From positions 1 to 27,097 of IMG/VR virus record IMGVR_UViG_3300025018_000473: 27,097 bases of DNA. One strand, given 5' to 3'. This DNA is from a virus (lineage: Duplodnaviria > Caudoviricetes). The notes under the pieces are model-generated. The model did no database searches. It saw only the letters and a program-made list of their open reading frames with translations, and was not told the DNA's origin. Made by a program: the position numbers and the translations under genes. This document shows positions 14,479 through 24,318 of the stretch, piece by piece; position 1 is the first letter of the stretch; the number at the start of each line of letters is the position of its first letter.

Positions 14479-15671
14479 CATTTGACACAGCAACAGCAGA
14501 CTTCGCATCGGCGTCATCACAGACGTTTGCACATACCTGTTCAGGATCGAACAGGATACTCTTTGTGGCAACCCGAGCGGGAACTACTGACAACGTCACA
14601 GGAGCAACATACGGTGGCGTCGCAATGACACTGGTCAATAAAGTATTGATTGCATCAGGAAGCCGATACCTCTACTTATTTATGCTGGTCAACCCAGCAT
14701 CAGGGGCAAACAACGTCGTACTGACGGCAAGTGGAAGTGTCGACTTCTGTTCGTTCGCATCGTCCTACACAGGAGCAAAACAAACTGGTCAGCCAGATGC
14801 GCATACAACAAACACAAACAACGGTACAAGCCCATACTCTGCTTCTCTTACTACAGTCGCAGACAACTCTTGGGTAGTGGCAATAGCATACAACGATGCC
14901 GGAGGCGCCGCCGCTGGAACAGGTACAGCTCTTAGAGCAAGCAACTGTGGAGCGGGTCCTGCATTCATAGACAGTAATGGAGCTGTGACTCCAGCAGGAT
15001 CGAGAGCACTAGAAATAACACACAACGCCAGCACCGTAAATAGAGCAATGGTACTAGCATCAATTGCTCCAGTATCAGCAATCCAGCATGATCAAAACAT
15101 CGATGCCTCTACATCAGTGTCGGCCTCAATACTCACACCGAAGACGATCGTTCAAACTATCACAGGAAGCGCTGGAGTGGTCGCATCGGTATCAATGATC
15201 AAAGACTTTATGAGAACGCTAGATGCAGGGGCTACCGCTACGGCTACCGTTCTAAAGGGCCTCACTATGGACCTCACTGCGTCGGTAACGAGCACAGCTG
15301 ACATGGTGGTAACCCGAGTCTTCCTGCTCACTCTAGAGGCCCTCACAAGCGCCACGGCGACCATGGACAAGGCCATGGCATACGCTCGCACCTTGGAGGC
15401 CACAGCAACCGCCACAGCCTCCATGGCGCGTCAGATAGCCACCAGCGTAGCGATGACCGCTGAGACCACAGTCACAGCGACCATAGACCTAGTCCGAGAG
15501 ATCGTGATGACTGCGACCGTGGCGACGGAGGCAACGATCACGACGCTGATCGGAAAGACGCTTGATGCCACTGTGTCGATAGTGGCAAAAATCAGCGCAC
15601 CATTCTGGCGAACCAAGTACCCAGCGCATGGTGATGAAGATGATTATGAGATAAAATACCCACATGAATAA
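14469..15671 (+). CDS. Putative fibre/appendage protein: N-terminal beta domain plus ~20-aa Thr/Ala repeats
   Basis: MAIAFDTAT...HTCSGSNRILFV head domain; about 9 repeats such as RTLDAGATATATV and RTLEATATATASM; C-terminal KYP...KYP. Confidence 0.7.
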   Translation: MAIAFDTATADFASASSQTFAHTCSGSNRILFVATRAGTTDNVTGATYGGVAMTLVNKVLIASGSRYLYLFMLVNPASGANNVVLTASGSVDFCSFASSYTGAKQTGQPDAHTTNTNNGTSPYSASLTTVADNSWVVAIAYNDAGGAAAGTGTALRASNCGAGPAFIDSNGAVTPAGSRALEITHNASTVNRAMVLASIAPVSAIQHDQNIDASTSVSASILTPKTIVQTITGSAGVVASVSMIKDFMRTLDAGATATATVLKGLTMDLTASVTSTADMVVTRVFLLTLEALTSATATMDKAMAYARTLEATATATASMARQIATSVAMTAETTVTATIDLVREIVMTATVATEATITTLIGKTLDATVSIVAKISAPFWRTKYPAHGDEDDYEIKYPHE

Positions 15672-16332
15672 AGCACAACTACTCGAAGATCTAGACAGCC
15701 GAATCAGTGCCGCGAGCGTGAGCGGTTTCTGGACGCCAACAATGAAGATTGCGTGGCTCGACGCGGCAGGAAAGACAGTCTGCGGATTCAATCGCTGGGG
15801 CTTCCTTGAGCTCGCACTCGAGAAGGTGACCCTCGACAGCCGCAACTACTACGACTACCCAGGAGGGATAGTGCGCTTCAAGCCGAACTCGATCTACCAG
15901 ATCGACATCGAAGATGAAGAGTACCCTGAAGGGCAGGCAGGACGAAGGCGCGTAAGCTGGCAACAGTTCCAGGAGCGTATACAGACGCAGGACCCGGACC
16001 CATGCTTCGCCAACCACAACGGACAATTCCACCTCTACCCAGTGCCAATAGACGGCAAGGTGATGAGCCTCTACGGCCTCAAAGGCTGGAAGCTCCTCAG
16101 TGAACTCACCGACGACGACGAACCTATCACACCTGAAGAGTTCGACGAGTCGATCGTACGCATCGCACTCGCGGCATGTCTGCGAAAGGCGAAGAAGTAC
16201 GCAGAAGCAAAGGCCGAGCTTCTCGAAGTGCTGGACCCAACGATCGGACTCCTCGCACAGCTGAAGAATCAGACTGACGTGGAAGACGCGAAGGGAGAAG
16301 GAGGGACCGCAAAGACCTCACGCTGGGGATAA
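15664..16332 (+). CDS. Putative head-tail adaptor protein
   Basis: 222 aa with WGFLE, FHLYPVP and PITPEEFDESIV; lies before the nozzle-like gene. Confidence 0.7.
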   Translation: MNKAQLLEDLDSRISAASVSGFWTPTMKIAWLDAAGKTVCGFNRWGFLELALEKVTLDSRNYYDYPGGIVRFKPNSIYQIDIEDEEYPEGQAGRRRVSWQQFQERIQTQDPDPCFANHNGQFHLYPVPIDGKVMSLYGLKGWKLLSELTDDDEPITPEEFDESIVRIALAACLRKAKKYAEAKAELLEVLDPTIGLLAQLKNQTDVEDAKGEGGTAKTSRWG

Positions 16333-16344
16333 CAAACAAACATT

Positions 16345-17781
16345 ATGGATGACCTCGACACACTATCAATTGAAAACTTCAACGGAGGCATCAGCCCGCT
16401 CGCCAGTAAAGGCGTGCGTGGCTCTTTCGCATTCGGTCGAGGGCTAAACATCCGAGAAAACAACACCCTCAAGTGCAACCAAGCGCTGAAGAAGGATAGC
16501 TCAACGACAGTAACCGACCTCGTGCTCGCGATGTTCAAAGCAAGCGACGGCAACACCTACGCATTCGGCGACACCGGGAAGATATACCGCAAGAGCGCAG
16601 GCACCTGGGCTCTCGTACACACCGACGCAGACGGAAAGATAACCGGCGCGTGTGAATTCAAGAGCACCTCGAATACCTTCATCCTCTACGCGACCCGCAC
16701 CAAGCTGAAGAAGATCACGCTTGCGAACGCAGGCGCCACATGGACCGCCAACGTCTCGGATGTAGGCACCTTCACCAACGGCATCGATGGAGACTTCCAC
16801 ACCATGCGTGTGGCAATCGGAGTGGTGATCATAAACGACGGAGACGTGCTGGCAATGTACGACTATGAGGATGCATTCGCGGCAACATCCCTCCGAATGA
16901 GCACTGGCACGAAAGGAAAGTGTCTGCTTGACCGCAATGACCGCGTGATCGTGGGAGGCAAGGAGCTCGATGACGGTAAATTCATCACATGGAACCGAAC
17001 GGCAGACAGCTGGGAAGACAAGAAGAGTGCACAGGGAGCACAGGTAAACGCCATGGGCTTCCTCGAGGCGGGCATCATGGCCCAAGTAGGAAACGCGGGC
17101 AAGCTGAAGTACTGGAACTTCGGAGAGACCGTGCCACTGACCACCATACCAGGAACCGCAAGCGCATACCCGGGAGCCGTAGCGGAATACAACACCATCA
17201 CGCACATCGGCATGAACGGCGGGACCAAGAACGGGGTATACAGCCTCGGACGTCTTGACCTCAACGACCCAAGAGCACTGAACCTCGAATACATCCCAAG
17301 CCACGGGAAGCTGACTGGCACCGAAATCGGAGCTCTAGCCAATGATGGCACCGACCTACTCGTAAGCTGGAAGGACGGCACCGACTACGGCATCGACATC
17401 ATCGACAACTCAAACAAAGCGGTAGCAGTCTACGAATCGCTGAAGCTCAACATGGGCAAAAGCAACATGGACAAGCTCTACCGCATGGTGAAGATCCTTC
17501 TCGCAGAACCTCTGCCTGCAGGATGTACGGTAGCCCTCAAATACCGAGCGACGAAAGTGACCGCACAGGAAGCGGCCGCAGATGACGCGGACGGATGGGT
17601 GCCAACAACCATGAGCGACGAGCGCGGAGCCATCAACCAGACCGGAGAGACGAAGGGAATCTTCAACCTCGAAGGACAAGGAGAAAAGGTCGAGCTCCAG
17701 CTGACACTCACCCCAAGCGGAAACACTGGGCCAGAAGTCGACAGCGCCCACATCGGATTCACCTTCGACAACGGCATATAA
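16345..17781 (+). CDS. Putative tail nozzle/stabilisation protein (P22 gp10/T7 gp12-like, beta-rich)
   Basis: Starts with IENFNGG, has repeated short beta strands and C-terminal YESLKL...KLYRMVKI; follows the adaptor gene. Confidence 0.7.
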   Translation: MDDLDTLSIENFNGGISPLASKGVRGSFAFGRGLNIRENNTLKCNQALKKDSSTTVTDLVLAMFKASDGNTYAFGDTGKIYRKSAGTWALVHTDADGKITGACEFKSTSNTFILYATRTKLKKITLANAGATWTANVSDVGTFTNGIDGDFHTMRVAIGVVIINDGDVLAMYDYEDAFAATSLRMSTGTKGKCLLDRNDRVIVGGKELDDGKFITWNRTADSWEDKKSAQGAQVNAMGFLEAGIMAQVGNAGKLKYWNFGETVPLTTIPGTASAYPGAVAEYNTITHIGMNGGTKNGVYSLGRLDLNDPRALNLEYIPSHGKLTGTEIGALANDGTDLLVSWKDGTDYGIDIIDNSNKAVAVYESLKLNMGKSNMDKLYRMVKILLAEPLPAGCTVALKYRATKVTAQEAAADDADGWVPTTMSDERGAINQTGETKGIFNLEGQGEKVELQLTLTPSGNTGPEVDSAHIGFTFDNGI

Positions 17782-17785
17782 AACT

Positions 17786-19135
17786 ATGGCAACAAAAACC
17801 GAGGACAGAAAAATATACGAGCCAGAGTACCTGGAAGAGACACCGCTCCCTGAAGCGGTGATTTGGGAGAACATCGTCGACGCGCCACAAACGCTCGCGG
17901 ATCTTTCGTCTGTCGATGGAGGTAGACTCGATACCGTAGAGGCAGAAGTAGCAACTGGCTTTGCAGACATATCAATACAAGGCTGGATGTTTGATGGTGC
18001 ATTCTCAGCAACAGATCATGATACCGTGGCGTGGGCCGCAGGCACCATCCGCTTCAAAGACGGATTGAACTACAGCATCGCTGGAGGGAACACCGGAAAT
18101 ATGGTCGCAATCACGTACATATACTTCGACCTAGCAGTATCAACAACGGCTTTCCAGACAACCACCACAGCCGCGAATGCGGTAGGTGTAAACAAACTAC
18201 TCATAGGAGTGGCGCAAAACGTAGCAAGTGGAAAGGACGCAACCTTCCAAGCCTTCGGTGGAAAAGGAGGAGTGGGAGTGCTTCTGACTGCAGATAACAT
18301 CGCGGCTAACTCAATCACTGCAAACGAGATCCAGACCAACACCATCACAACCCTGAACCTCACTGCAGGAAGCATCACCGGTGTAACGATCACAGGAGGA
18401 ACGGTCCGCACAAGCTCAGGCTCGACAAGGGTGGAGATGAACGGCGCGGACAATTCTATATACCACTACCAATCAGGAGTGCTTAGAACTTCAATGGGAG
18501 ACGGATACATAGCTTTTTATAGACCATCGGACGGCGTATCGTCAGGTTCAATCTTCGGAAGCTCAACATCGCTCGACATCGATGCAGGCAACATGGTCCG
18601 CATCCTCGGTCAATACATCTTCGGAGGCTCGAGCTTTGTGCCAGCATCGAACAATGCATACGTGCTTGGATCAAGCTCGGCTTACTGGGCGGGAGTCTAC
18701 ACTGACGGCATCGCACTCAAACGAAGCTCGGGCAATAACTACTGCCTACTCTTCGGACCTCTCGGATCAGGGTCGAACATTTCAATAACACTACCAGGAT
18801 CACTCGGCTCATCAGGAGACGTGCTATACGATAGCGGGTCAGGAATCCTAGACTGGAAAAGTGTGCCAAGCGTGAACTACGGGTATGTAAACTCAGGGGC
18901 AAGCATGGGTACCAACCCGTCTGGATACAGCGTATCAAGTGGAGGGACGGGAATATACACAGTCACCCACAACCTTGGAACGACTGCATACGCAGTGACA
19001 TGCACGGCACGTGCATCAACCGTGAAAAACATCAGCGTATCCGCAAGAAACTCAAACAGCTTCACGGTCAGAATCGCAAACCTGTCAGATGCCCTCGAGG
19101 ACAACGACTTCATGTTTATACTAACCGCCGCATAA
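17786..19135 (+). CDS. Putative tail fibre/receptor-binding protein
   Basis: Gly/Ser/Thr-rich; ADNIAANSITANEI...GSITGVTITGGTVRT spike-like repeat; YVLGSSSAYW; C-terminal GIYTVTHNLGT domain. Confidence 0.75.
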   Translation: MATKTEDRKIYEPEYLEETPLPEAVIWENIVDAPQTLADLSSVDGGRLDTVEAEVATGFADISIQGWMFDGAFSATDHDTVAWAAGTIRFKDGLNYSIAGGNTGNMVAITYIYFDLAVSTTAFQTTTTAANAVGVNKLLIGVAQNVASGKDATFQAFGGKGGVGVLLTADNIAANSITANEIQTNTITTLNLTAGSITGVTITGGTVRTSSGSTRVEMNGADNSIYHYQSGVLRTSMGDGYIAFYRPSDGVSSGSIFGSSTSLDIDAGNMVRILGQYIFGGSSFVPASNNAYVLGSSSAYWAGVYTDGIALKRSSGNNYCLLFGPLGSGSNISITLPGSLGSSGDVLYDSGSGILDWKSVPSVNYGYVNSGASMGTNPSGYSVSSGGTGIYTVTHNLGTTAYAVTCTARASTVKNISVSARNSNSFTVRIANLSDALEDNDFMFILTAA

Positions 19136-19138
19136 AAT

Positions 19139-19291
19139 ATGAAAACCACTCAAAAAAAACAAGTAGAGGACCGCATGAAATCCTTCGATGAGCGTGGGCA
19201 ATTTCAGCCACCAGAAGATGATAAGAAAGAGCGGGCTCGAGTACGCAAGGCGGTGAAGAAGGGGGAGAAGAAATTAACAACTAAGCAATAA
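19139..19291 (+). CDS. Small basic hypothetical protein (50 aa)
   Basis: MKTTQKKQVEDRMKSFDERGQF...KKLTTKQ*, starting 3 nt after the fibre stop. Too short for the ORF track. Confidence 0.45.
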   Translation: MKTTQKKQVEDRMKSFDERGQFQPPEDDKKERARVRKAVKKGEKKLTTKQ

Positions 19292-19344
19292 TCCACAAAA
19301 CTACTATGTTCAAAAAGTCAACAGCAGAGTATAATAAAAACATT

Positions 19345-19596
19345 ATGAAGACCCTTGACGCGAAAGCACTCAAAGCGAAGAAGGATAATCTCCATGCCGA
19401 ATTCGAGAAAGAGAAAGCGCAAGCCGTATCATACGAGCAACTGATTGCAAGTGTGAACGAGAAGCGAAACGCATGCCTTGAGAAAATGTCCCAACTCCAG
19501 GGAGCATACAAGGCCGTTGAAGACCTCGAACGGCAAATCGGAATCACGCCATCATTACCAGCTAACGCGGCCAAGGAGAAGCCCACCAAAAAATAA
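19345..19596 (+). CDS. Small coiled-coil protein
   Basis: ATG at 19345 after the AAACATT leader, with TATAAT at 19330-35; heptad pattern. Confidence 0.65.
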   Translation: MKTLDAKALKAKKDNLHAEFEKEKAQAVSYEQLIASVNEKRNACLEKMSQLQGAYKAVEDLERQIGITPSLPANAAKEKPTKK

Positions 19597-19598
19597 CC

Positions 19599-20612
19599 AT
19601 GGCAACACCATCAGAGTACAAAGTCAAAAAGGGAGACACGCTCGGAGCCATCGCCAAGCAATACGGCGTGGGACTCTCCGACATTAGCGGATACAAATCT
19701 GGAGACCCGAACAAGATCTTCGAAGGCGAGACCATCAAGATCGGCTCAACCCCGAAAGCAACGGGGTCTTCGTCGTACGTGGAAGAGGTGAAAAGCCAGC
19801 TATCCGACACAGGCTCAACCGACACCAGCAAGGATCCATATGGCCTCGCATCAATCAGGACTCAAATCGACGACACCACCAAGAAGCGAGACAGCGCATT
19901 CGCGGAACTGAAGGACATCAGTACCAAAACTTTCAATGACGAATACAGCAAGCGTGGCCTCGAGGAAAAGAAAACAAAGCTCGCATCACTCGACAGCGAG
20001 ATCACAGCCGAGAAGGCAAAGCGAGACGAAGCGATAGCCAAGGTCCGAAGCAACCCGGGACTCTCGGCCGCACAGATGACGGGCGACGTGAAGAAGCTCG
20101 CCGACTACCAGAATGACGTGATCAACACCAAGATCGCGGAGCGAAACTCCGTGGCAAGCGAATACAACACTGGCCTCTCAGAAATCGACAAGATCGTAAG
20201 CAACACCGTGAAGGATAAGACCCTCGACTACGGATACTACGACAGCGTGCTCAAGGACCTCGGAGGCAAGGTAAGCGACTACACAAGCGCATACCGCGAG
20301 GACCTTCAGGACGCGACCAAGAACGACCAGTTCGACCGACAGCTCGAACAGGCGCTCGAGATAGCACAGCTCAACGCAAGCAAGAAGGGAGGCTCATCAG
20401 GCACGAACCTCCAGCTGAAGAGCGACCCTCGAACAGGCGACCCACTCTACTGGTTCGACCCTGACACCGGAGAGATCACCTACATCAACGCCGACCAAGG
20501 AGGTGGCGATAGTGGAGGCGACTCATTCGACAACCTCTCGAAAGCGGTCGAGGAACAGCAAACTAAGAGCTCAGGCAAAAAGTGGTACAACCCACTCACC
20601 TGGTTCAACTAA
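19599..20612 (+). CDS. LysM-domain coiled-coil protein (putative ejection/virion protein)
   Basis: N-terminal LysM YKVKKGDTLGAIAKQYGV...PNKIFEGETIKI, a long helical region, and C-terminal KKWYNPLTWFN. Confidence 0.8.
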   Translation: MATPSEYKVKKGDTLGAIAKQYGVGLSDISGYKSGDPNKIFEGETIKIGSTPKATGSSSYVEEVKSQLSDTGSTDTSKDPYGLASIRTQIDDTTKKRDSAFAELKDISTKTFNDEYSKRGLEEKKTKLASLDSEITAEKAKRDEAIAKVRSNPGLSAAQMTGDVKKLADYQNDVINTKIAERNSVASEYNTGLSEIDKIVSNTVKDKTLDYGYYDSVLKDLGGKVSDYTSAYREDLQDATKNDQFDRQLEQALEIAQLNASKKGGSSGTNLQLKSDPRTGDPLYWFDPDTGEITYINADQGGGDSGGDSFDNLSKAVEEQQTKSSGKKWYNPLTWFN

Positions 20613-20620
20613 ACAAAACC

Positions 20621-23600
20621 ATGCAAGACTTCCTTAAAGGCATCAAAAACTTAGGGACGAAGGCGAAGAGTACCATCAAAGACTTCTTCACGGTGACACC
20701 TGAAGAGGAAGCGAAGGGAAAGAAGCCGAACGTCGTCGAGAAGACCACCAAATCAATGGGGGACTTTTTCGCGCCAGCACCAGACAAGGTGCGGGTGCGT
20801 GATGTCGTGCGTGAAATTCCAAGCACTGCAGGGAAGATGGCGGTAGACATCGCACGGTCCATACCGAGGTCTATTCTCTCGACTGCTCTCACCGTAGCGC
20901 CAAAATCGGTACAGGAGAACATTGGCGAGATTAGGCCAGGCGAGGACTTCGGCACCATTGGAAAGGTGCTCCTCGGAGACGAACGGATCCAGACCATCCC
21001 GCTCATGGGACAAGAGACACTCAAAGGCTTCGGCGCAGGAGAAGATACGGCAAAGAAGTGGGGACCATTCGCTGGCGTAGCTCTCACAGCCGCCGACCTA
21101 TTCCCTGGCACTGCAGGCAAGAGCAAGATGGCAAGCGAGGCATTCGAAACCCTAGCGAAGACCACCAAGCCAGCAGAAATAAAGACAATCCTGAAGAGCT
21201 TCGGTTTTGCGAAAAACGAGATAGACAACGTAACAGAAGCCCTCGTCAAAGCGACCACAGCAGACGACGTGAAGGCCGTACTAGGGATAACGGACGAAGT
21301 AGCACCCAAGGCAGGCAAAGAGGCTGTGGAGGCCGTTTCACGCGAAACAAAGGCACCCAAGAAGACTGTCGTGGCAAAGGCCACACCTGATGTTACACGT
21401 GCAACCGACGAAGAAGACAGCATGAAGAGCATCGGTGAAATCCTGAAGGGCCGAGGTGGAGACATCACACCGCCCGCAAAACCTACCGCAAAGGGAGGCA
21501 AAGCACCGAAGGGAGATCCCGAGAGACGCTTCATCACCCGAACCAGAGAGATGGCGCCTGAAGTAGACGAACTCCTCGAAGGAAAATACAAACCAAAATC
21601 AAACAAGGAACTCATCGCAAACGCAGATGAGATCATCAAGAAAGACTACCAAGCGGCCGAGACAATGGCACGCACCGGAGTCGATGACCAGTCCGTAGCC
21701 GTAGCCTCAAAGATGATCGAGGACGAGCTCGCGATCGCAAAGAAGGCAACCGACGAAGCGACGAAGAACAAGGCATACGCAAAGGCGGCCGAGATAGCAA
21801 ACGACGCCGCGAAGAACTTGACCGAAGCCGGTCGGGCTGTTCAAGCCGCCTCACTACTCGGCAAGATGACTCCTGAAGGCATGGCTCGATACGCCGCACG
21901 CTTGATCCAACAGCACAATGAGAAGGCGGGCATGAGCACCATCGACCGCTTCATGAAAGGCATCAAGGGAAGCACGAAGAAGATCCCCGAGCTCACATCG
22001 GACCAGCTCAAAGAAATCACTGACGCGATGGATGCCATCAATAAAATGGGCGACGACATGGCGAAGGCCCGCGCCCTCCAACAGCTCGGAAAGAAAATAC
22101 AAAGCTACATACCATCAACGCTCTACGCGAAGATAATCAACCTATGGAAGGCAGGCTTGCTCACTGGTCTCAAAACAACCGGCATCAACATCGCCTCCAA
22201 CTTCTCGCATGCAGTAAGCGAGATAGCAAAGGACGTACCAGCATCAGCCGTCGACAAGATCGTCTCGCTTTTCACTGGCAAGCGCACCCTCGTACTGACA
22301 GGCAAGGGAAGCGCGGACGGCGCGGCAATGGGCGTGAAGAAAGGCTGGGACTACCTGAAGACCGGCTTCGATGAACGAAACATCGCCGACAAGCTCGACT
22401 ACCGCCGAGTGAACTTTGGAAAAGGAAAAGTGGCGAAAGGACTCAACAAATACGTGGAGACGGTATTCGGTCTACTCGGAGCTGAAGACCAGCCATTCTA
22501 CTACGCCGCACGAATGCGAAGCATGGCGAATCAAGCGGCCGCAAAGGCACGAAACGAAGGACTGAAGGGCAAGGCCGCGAGAGACTTCGCACAGAAACTC
22601 ATCGAGAACCCGACCGACGACATGATGAAGTACGCAACCCTCGACGCGGAGACTGCGGTATTCCAAAACGCGAGCTCACTAGCAAAGGGAGCACAGAAGA
22701 TCCAGCGATCAATGCCAGGCATGGAGATAGTACTCCCATTCGCCAAGACACCGGCGAACGTGGCAAACGCCATGATCAACTACAGCCCGGTAGGCATAGC
22801 GAAGACCATCATCCAAAACATCGGCAAAGGGAAGTTTGACCAGCGCCTCTTCTCCCAGGGCATGGGACGAGGTCTAACCGGAACCGGCGCACTCGCAATC
22901 GGTGGAGCATTGATGGCAAACAAGATGATGAACCTCGGCTTCCCGACATCGGAGAAAGTACGTCAGCAATGGGAGCTTGAAGGACGCGTACCGAACTCCA
23001 TCCTCATCAATGGTAAGTGGCGAAACATCGGCGTGCTGGGACCTCTCGGCATGGTCCTTATCGTGGGAGGCCACCTCCAGGATGGAGTCGACGAACATGG
23101 CTCATTCTCAGGAGGTCTAGCACAAGCGGCCGGAGGCTTCGGATCAGCACTGACCGAGCAGTCATTCCTATCAGGAGTGAACCGAGCCATCGACGCACTC
23201 AAAGACCCGCGTCGCTCATTCAACGGCTTCGCATCAAGCCTCGCAGGCTCCGTGGTACCAACCCTTGTGGCAGACTTCGCCCGCTCAATGGACCAGTACG
23301 AACGCCGCACAGACGGCATGATAGAACGCATACAGAGCCGTATCCCAGGCGCAAGAGAAGGACTGGAGCCACAGATAGATACATTCGGTAATGCCAAGGA
23401 AACACCGAACTTCTTCGAAGTGATGGCAGATGCAACTCGCCCGGGGAACCCGAGCGCCGACCTAAACGATCCAGTGATCAAAGAGCTCCGCAGGCTCATG
23501 GATGAAGGATACCCAGCAACACCAACCCAGCTCGGCAGTCGAAGAGGATACGACAGCCTTACACCCGAGCAGGATACTTACCTGTGGAAATTGTCAGGAC

Positions 23601-23854
23601 AAGCGGCCCGCATTGAGATGGAACGTGTCATGAGAAGCCGACCATATAGGAGCTATGATGACGAACAGAAGGCCCAGGTCCTCGACCGCGCAGTCCAGGA
23701 CGCGAAGGTGGAGGCGCGAGCCCGGACCGTGATCCAGGCACTGAAAGGATTGTCAGAGAGCGAGCAGAAAGCAAAGCTCGCAGAGATGAAAGAAGACGGC
23801 CTCCTCACGCAGTCCGTATTCGATCTATATCTCTCACTAAGAAAGAAACGATAA
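20621..23854 (+). CDS. Large internal virion/DNA-ejection protein
   Basis: About 1077 aa, Ala/Lys-rich and helical, with LPFAKTPAN and a Gly-rich hydrophobic C-terminal part. It is the last structural gene, as with podovirus ejection proteins. Start at ATG 20621 after the AAACAAAACC leader. Confidence 0.7.
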   Translation: MQDFLKGIKNLGTKAKSTIKDFFTVTPEEEAKGKKPNVVEKTTKSMGDFFAPAPDKVRVRDVVREIPSTAGKMAVDIARSIPRSILSTALTVAPKSVQENIGEIRPGEDFGTIGKVLLGDERIQTIPLMGQETLKGFGAGEDTAKKWGPFAGVALTAADLFPGTAGKSKMASEAFETLAKTTKPAEIKTILKSFGFAKNEIDNVTEALVKATTADDVKAVLGITDEVAPKAGKEAVEAVSRETKAPKKTVVAKATPDVTRATDEEDSMKSIGEILKGRGGDITPPAKPTAKGGKAPKGDPERRFITRTREMAPEVDELLEGKYKPKSNKELIANADEIIKKDYQAAETMARTGVDDQSVAVASKMIEDELAIAKKATDEATKNKAYAKAAEIANDAAKNLTEAGRAVQAASLLGKMTPEGMARYAARLIQQHNEKAGMSTIDRFMKGIKGSTKKIPELTSDQLKEITDAMDAINKMGDDMAKARALQQLGKKIQSYIPSTLYAKIINLWKAGLLTGLKTTGINIASNFSHAVSEIAKDVPASAVDKIVSLFTGKRTLVLTGKGSADGAAMGVKKGWDYLKTGFDERNIADKLDYRRVNFGKGKVAKGLNKYVETVFGLLGAEDQPFYYAARMRSMANQAAAKARNEGLKGKAARDFAQKLIENPTDDMMKYATLDAETAVFQNASSLAKGAQKIQRSMPGMEIVLPFAKTPANVANAMINYSPVGIAKTIIQNIGKGKFDQRLFSQGMGRGLTGTGALAIGGALMANKMMNLGFPTSEKVRQQWELEGRVPNSILINGKWRNIGVLGPLGMVLIVGGHLQDGVDEHGSFSGGLAQAAGGFGSALTEQSFLSGVNRAIDALKDPRRSFNGFASSLAGSVVPTLVADFARSMDQYERRTDGMIERIQSRIPGAREGLEPQIDTFGNAKETPNFFEVMADATRPGNPSADLNDPVIKELRRLMDEGYPATPTQLGSRRGYDSLTPEQDTYLWKLSGQAARIEMERVMRSRPYRSYDDEQKAQVLDRAVQDAKVEARARTVIQALKGLSESEQKAKLAEMKEDGLLTQSVFDLYLSLRKKR

Positions 23855-23858
23855 AGCT

Positions 23859-24308
23859 ATGTACGAATTTATCTCACAACTCCCAAACTCACCAATAGGC
23901 TGGATCGGCCTAATTATCGCGGCCATTGCCGGTGGCGCTGGTGCGTACATGGTCTACAACAAACAGAAGGACGGAGCAGATGACCGTCTGATCAGCATCC
24001 TCAAAAACACCGTCGACCAGCTCGAGGTGAAGGTCAATAAGCAGAGCGACGACATCGAGAAACTAACCAAGAAAATTACCAGCATGGAACATGAAAACGA
24101 GGTGCTTGTCAAAGTGCTTCAAGGTCGAGACGATCAGACTCAGACATTTTATAAGCAGGCGTTCGAGTCAATGAAGAAGGCAAACGAGACTCACGATGTG
24201 GTGACCACACTCGCAGAGAACATGAAGGTCACCAATGAAAATACGACGAAGCTGATAGAGCTTCTCTCAAAGCACCTGGACGTCATAGATCACACAGCTA
24301 ACAGCTAA
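23859..24308 (+). CDS. Membrane-anchored coiled-coil protein (lysis-associated candidate)
   Basis: Single N-terminal TM segment (IGWIGLIIAAIAGGAGAYMVY) followed by a coiled coil; first gene of the lysis block. Confidence 0.65.
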   Translation: MYEFISQLPNSPIGWIGLIIAAIAGGAGAYMVYNKQKDGADDRLISILKNTVDQLEVKVNKQSDDIEKLTKKITSMEHENEVLVKVLQGRDDQTQTFYKQAFESMKKANETHDVVTTLAENMKVTNENTTKLIELLSKHLDVIDHTANS

Positions 24309-24318
24309 AAATAACACC

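Noticed and set aside
14469-19135. Diversity-generating retroelement or invertible fibre cassette
   Set aside because: No reverse transcriptase, recombinase, template/variable repeat pair or inverted repeats were seen in the window.
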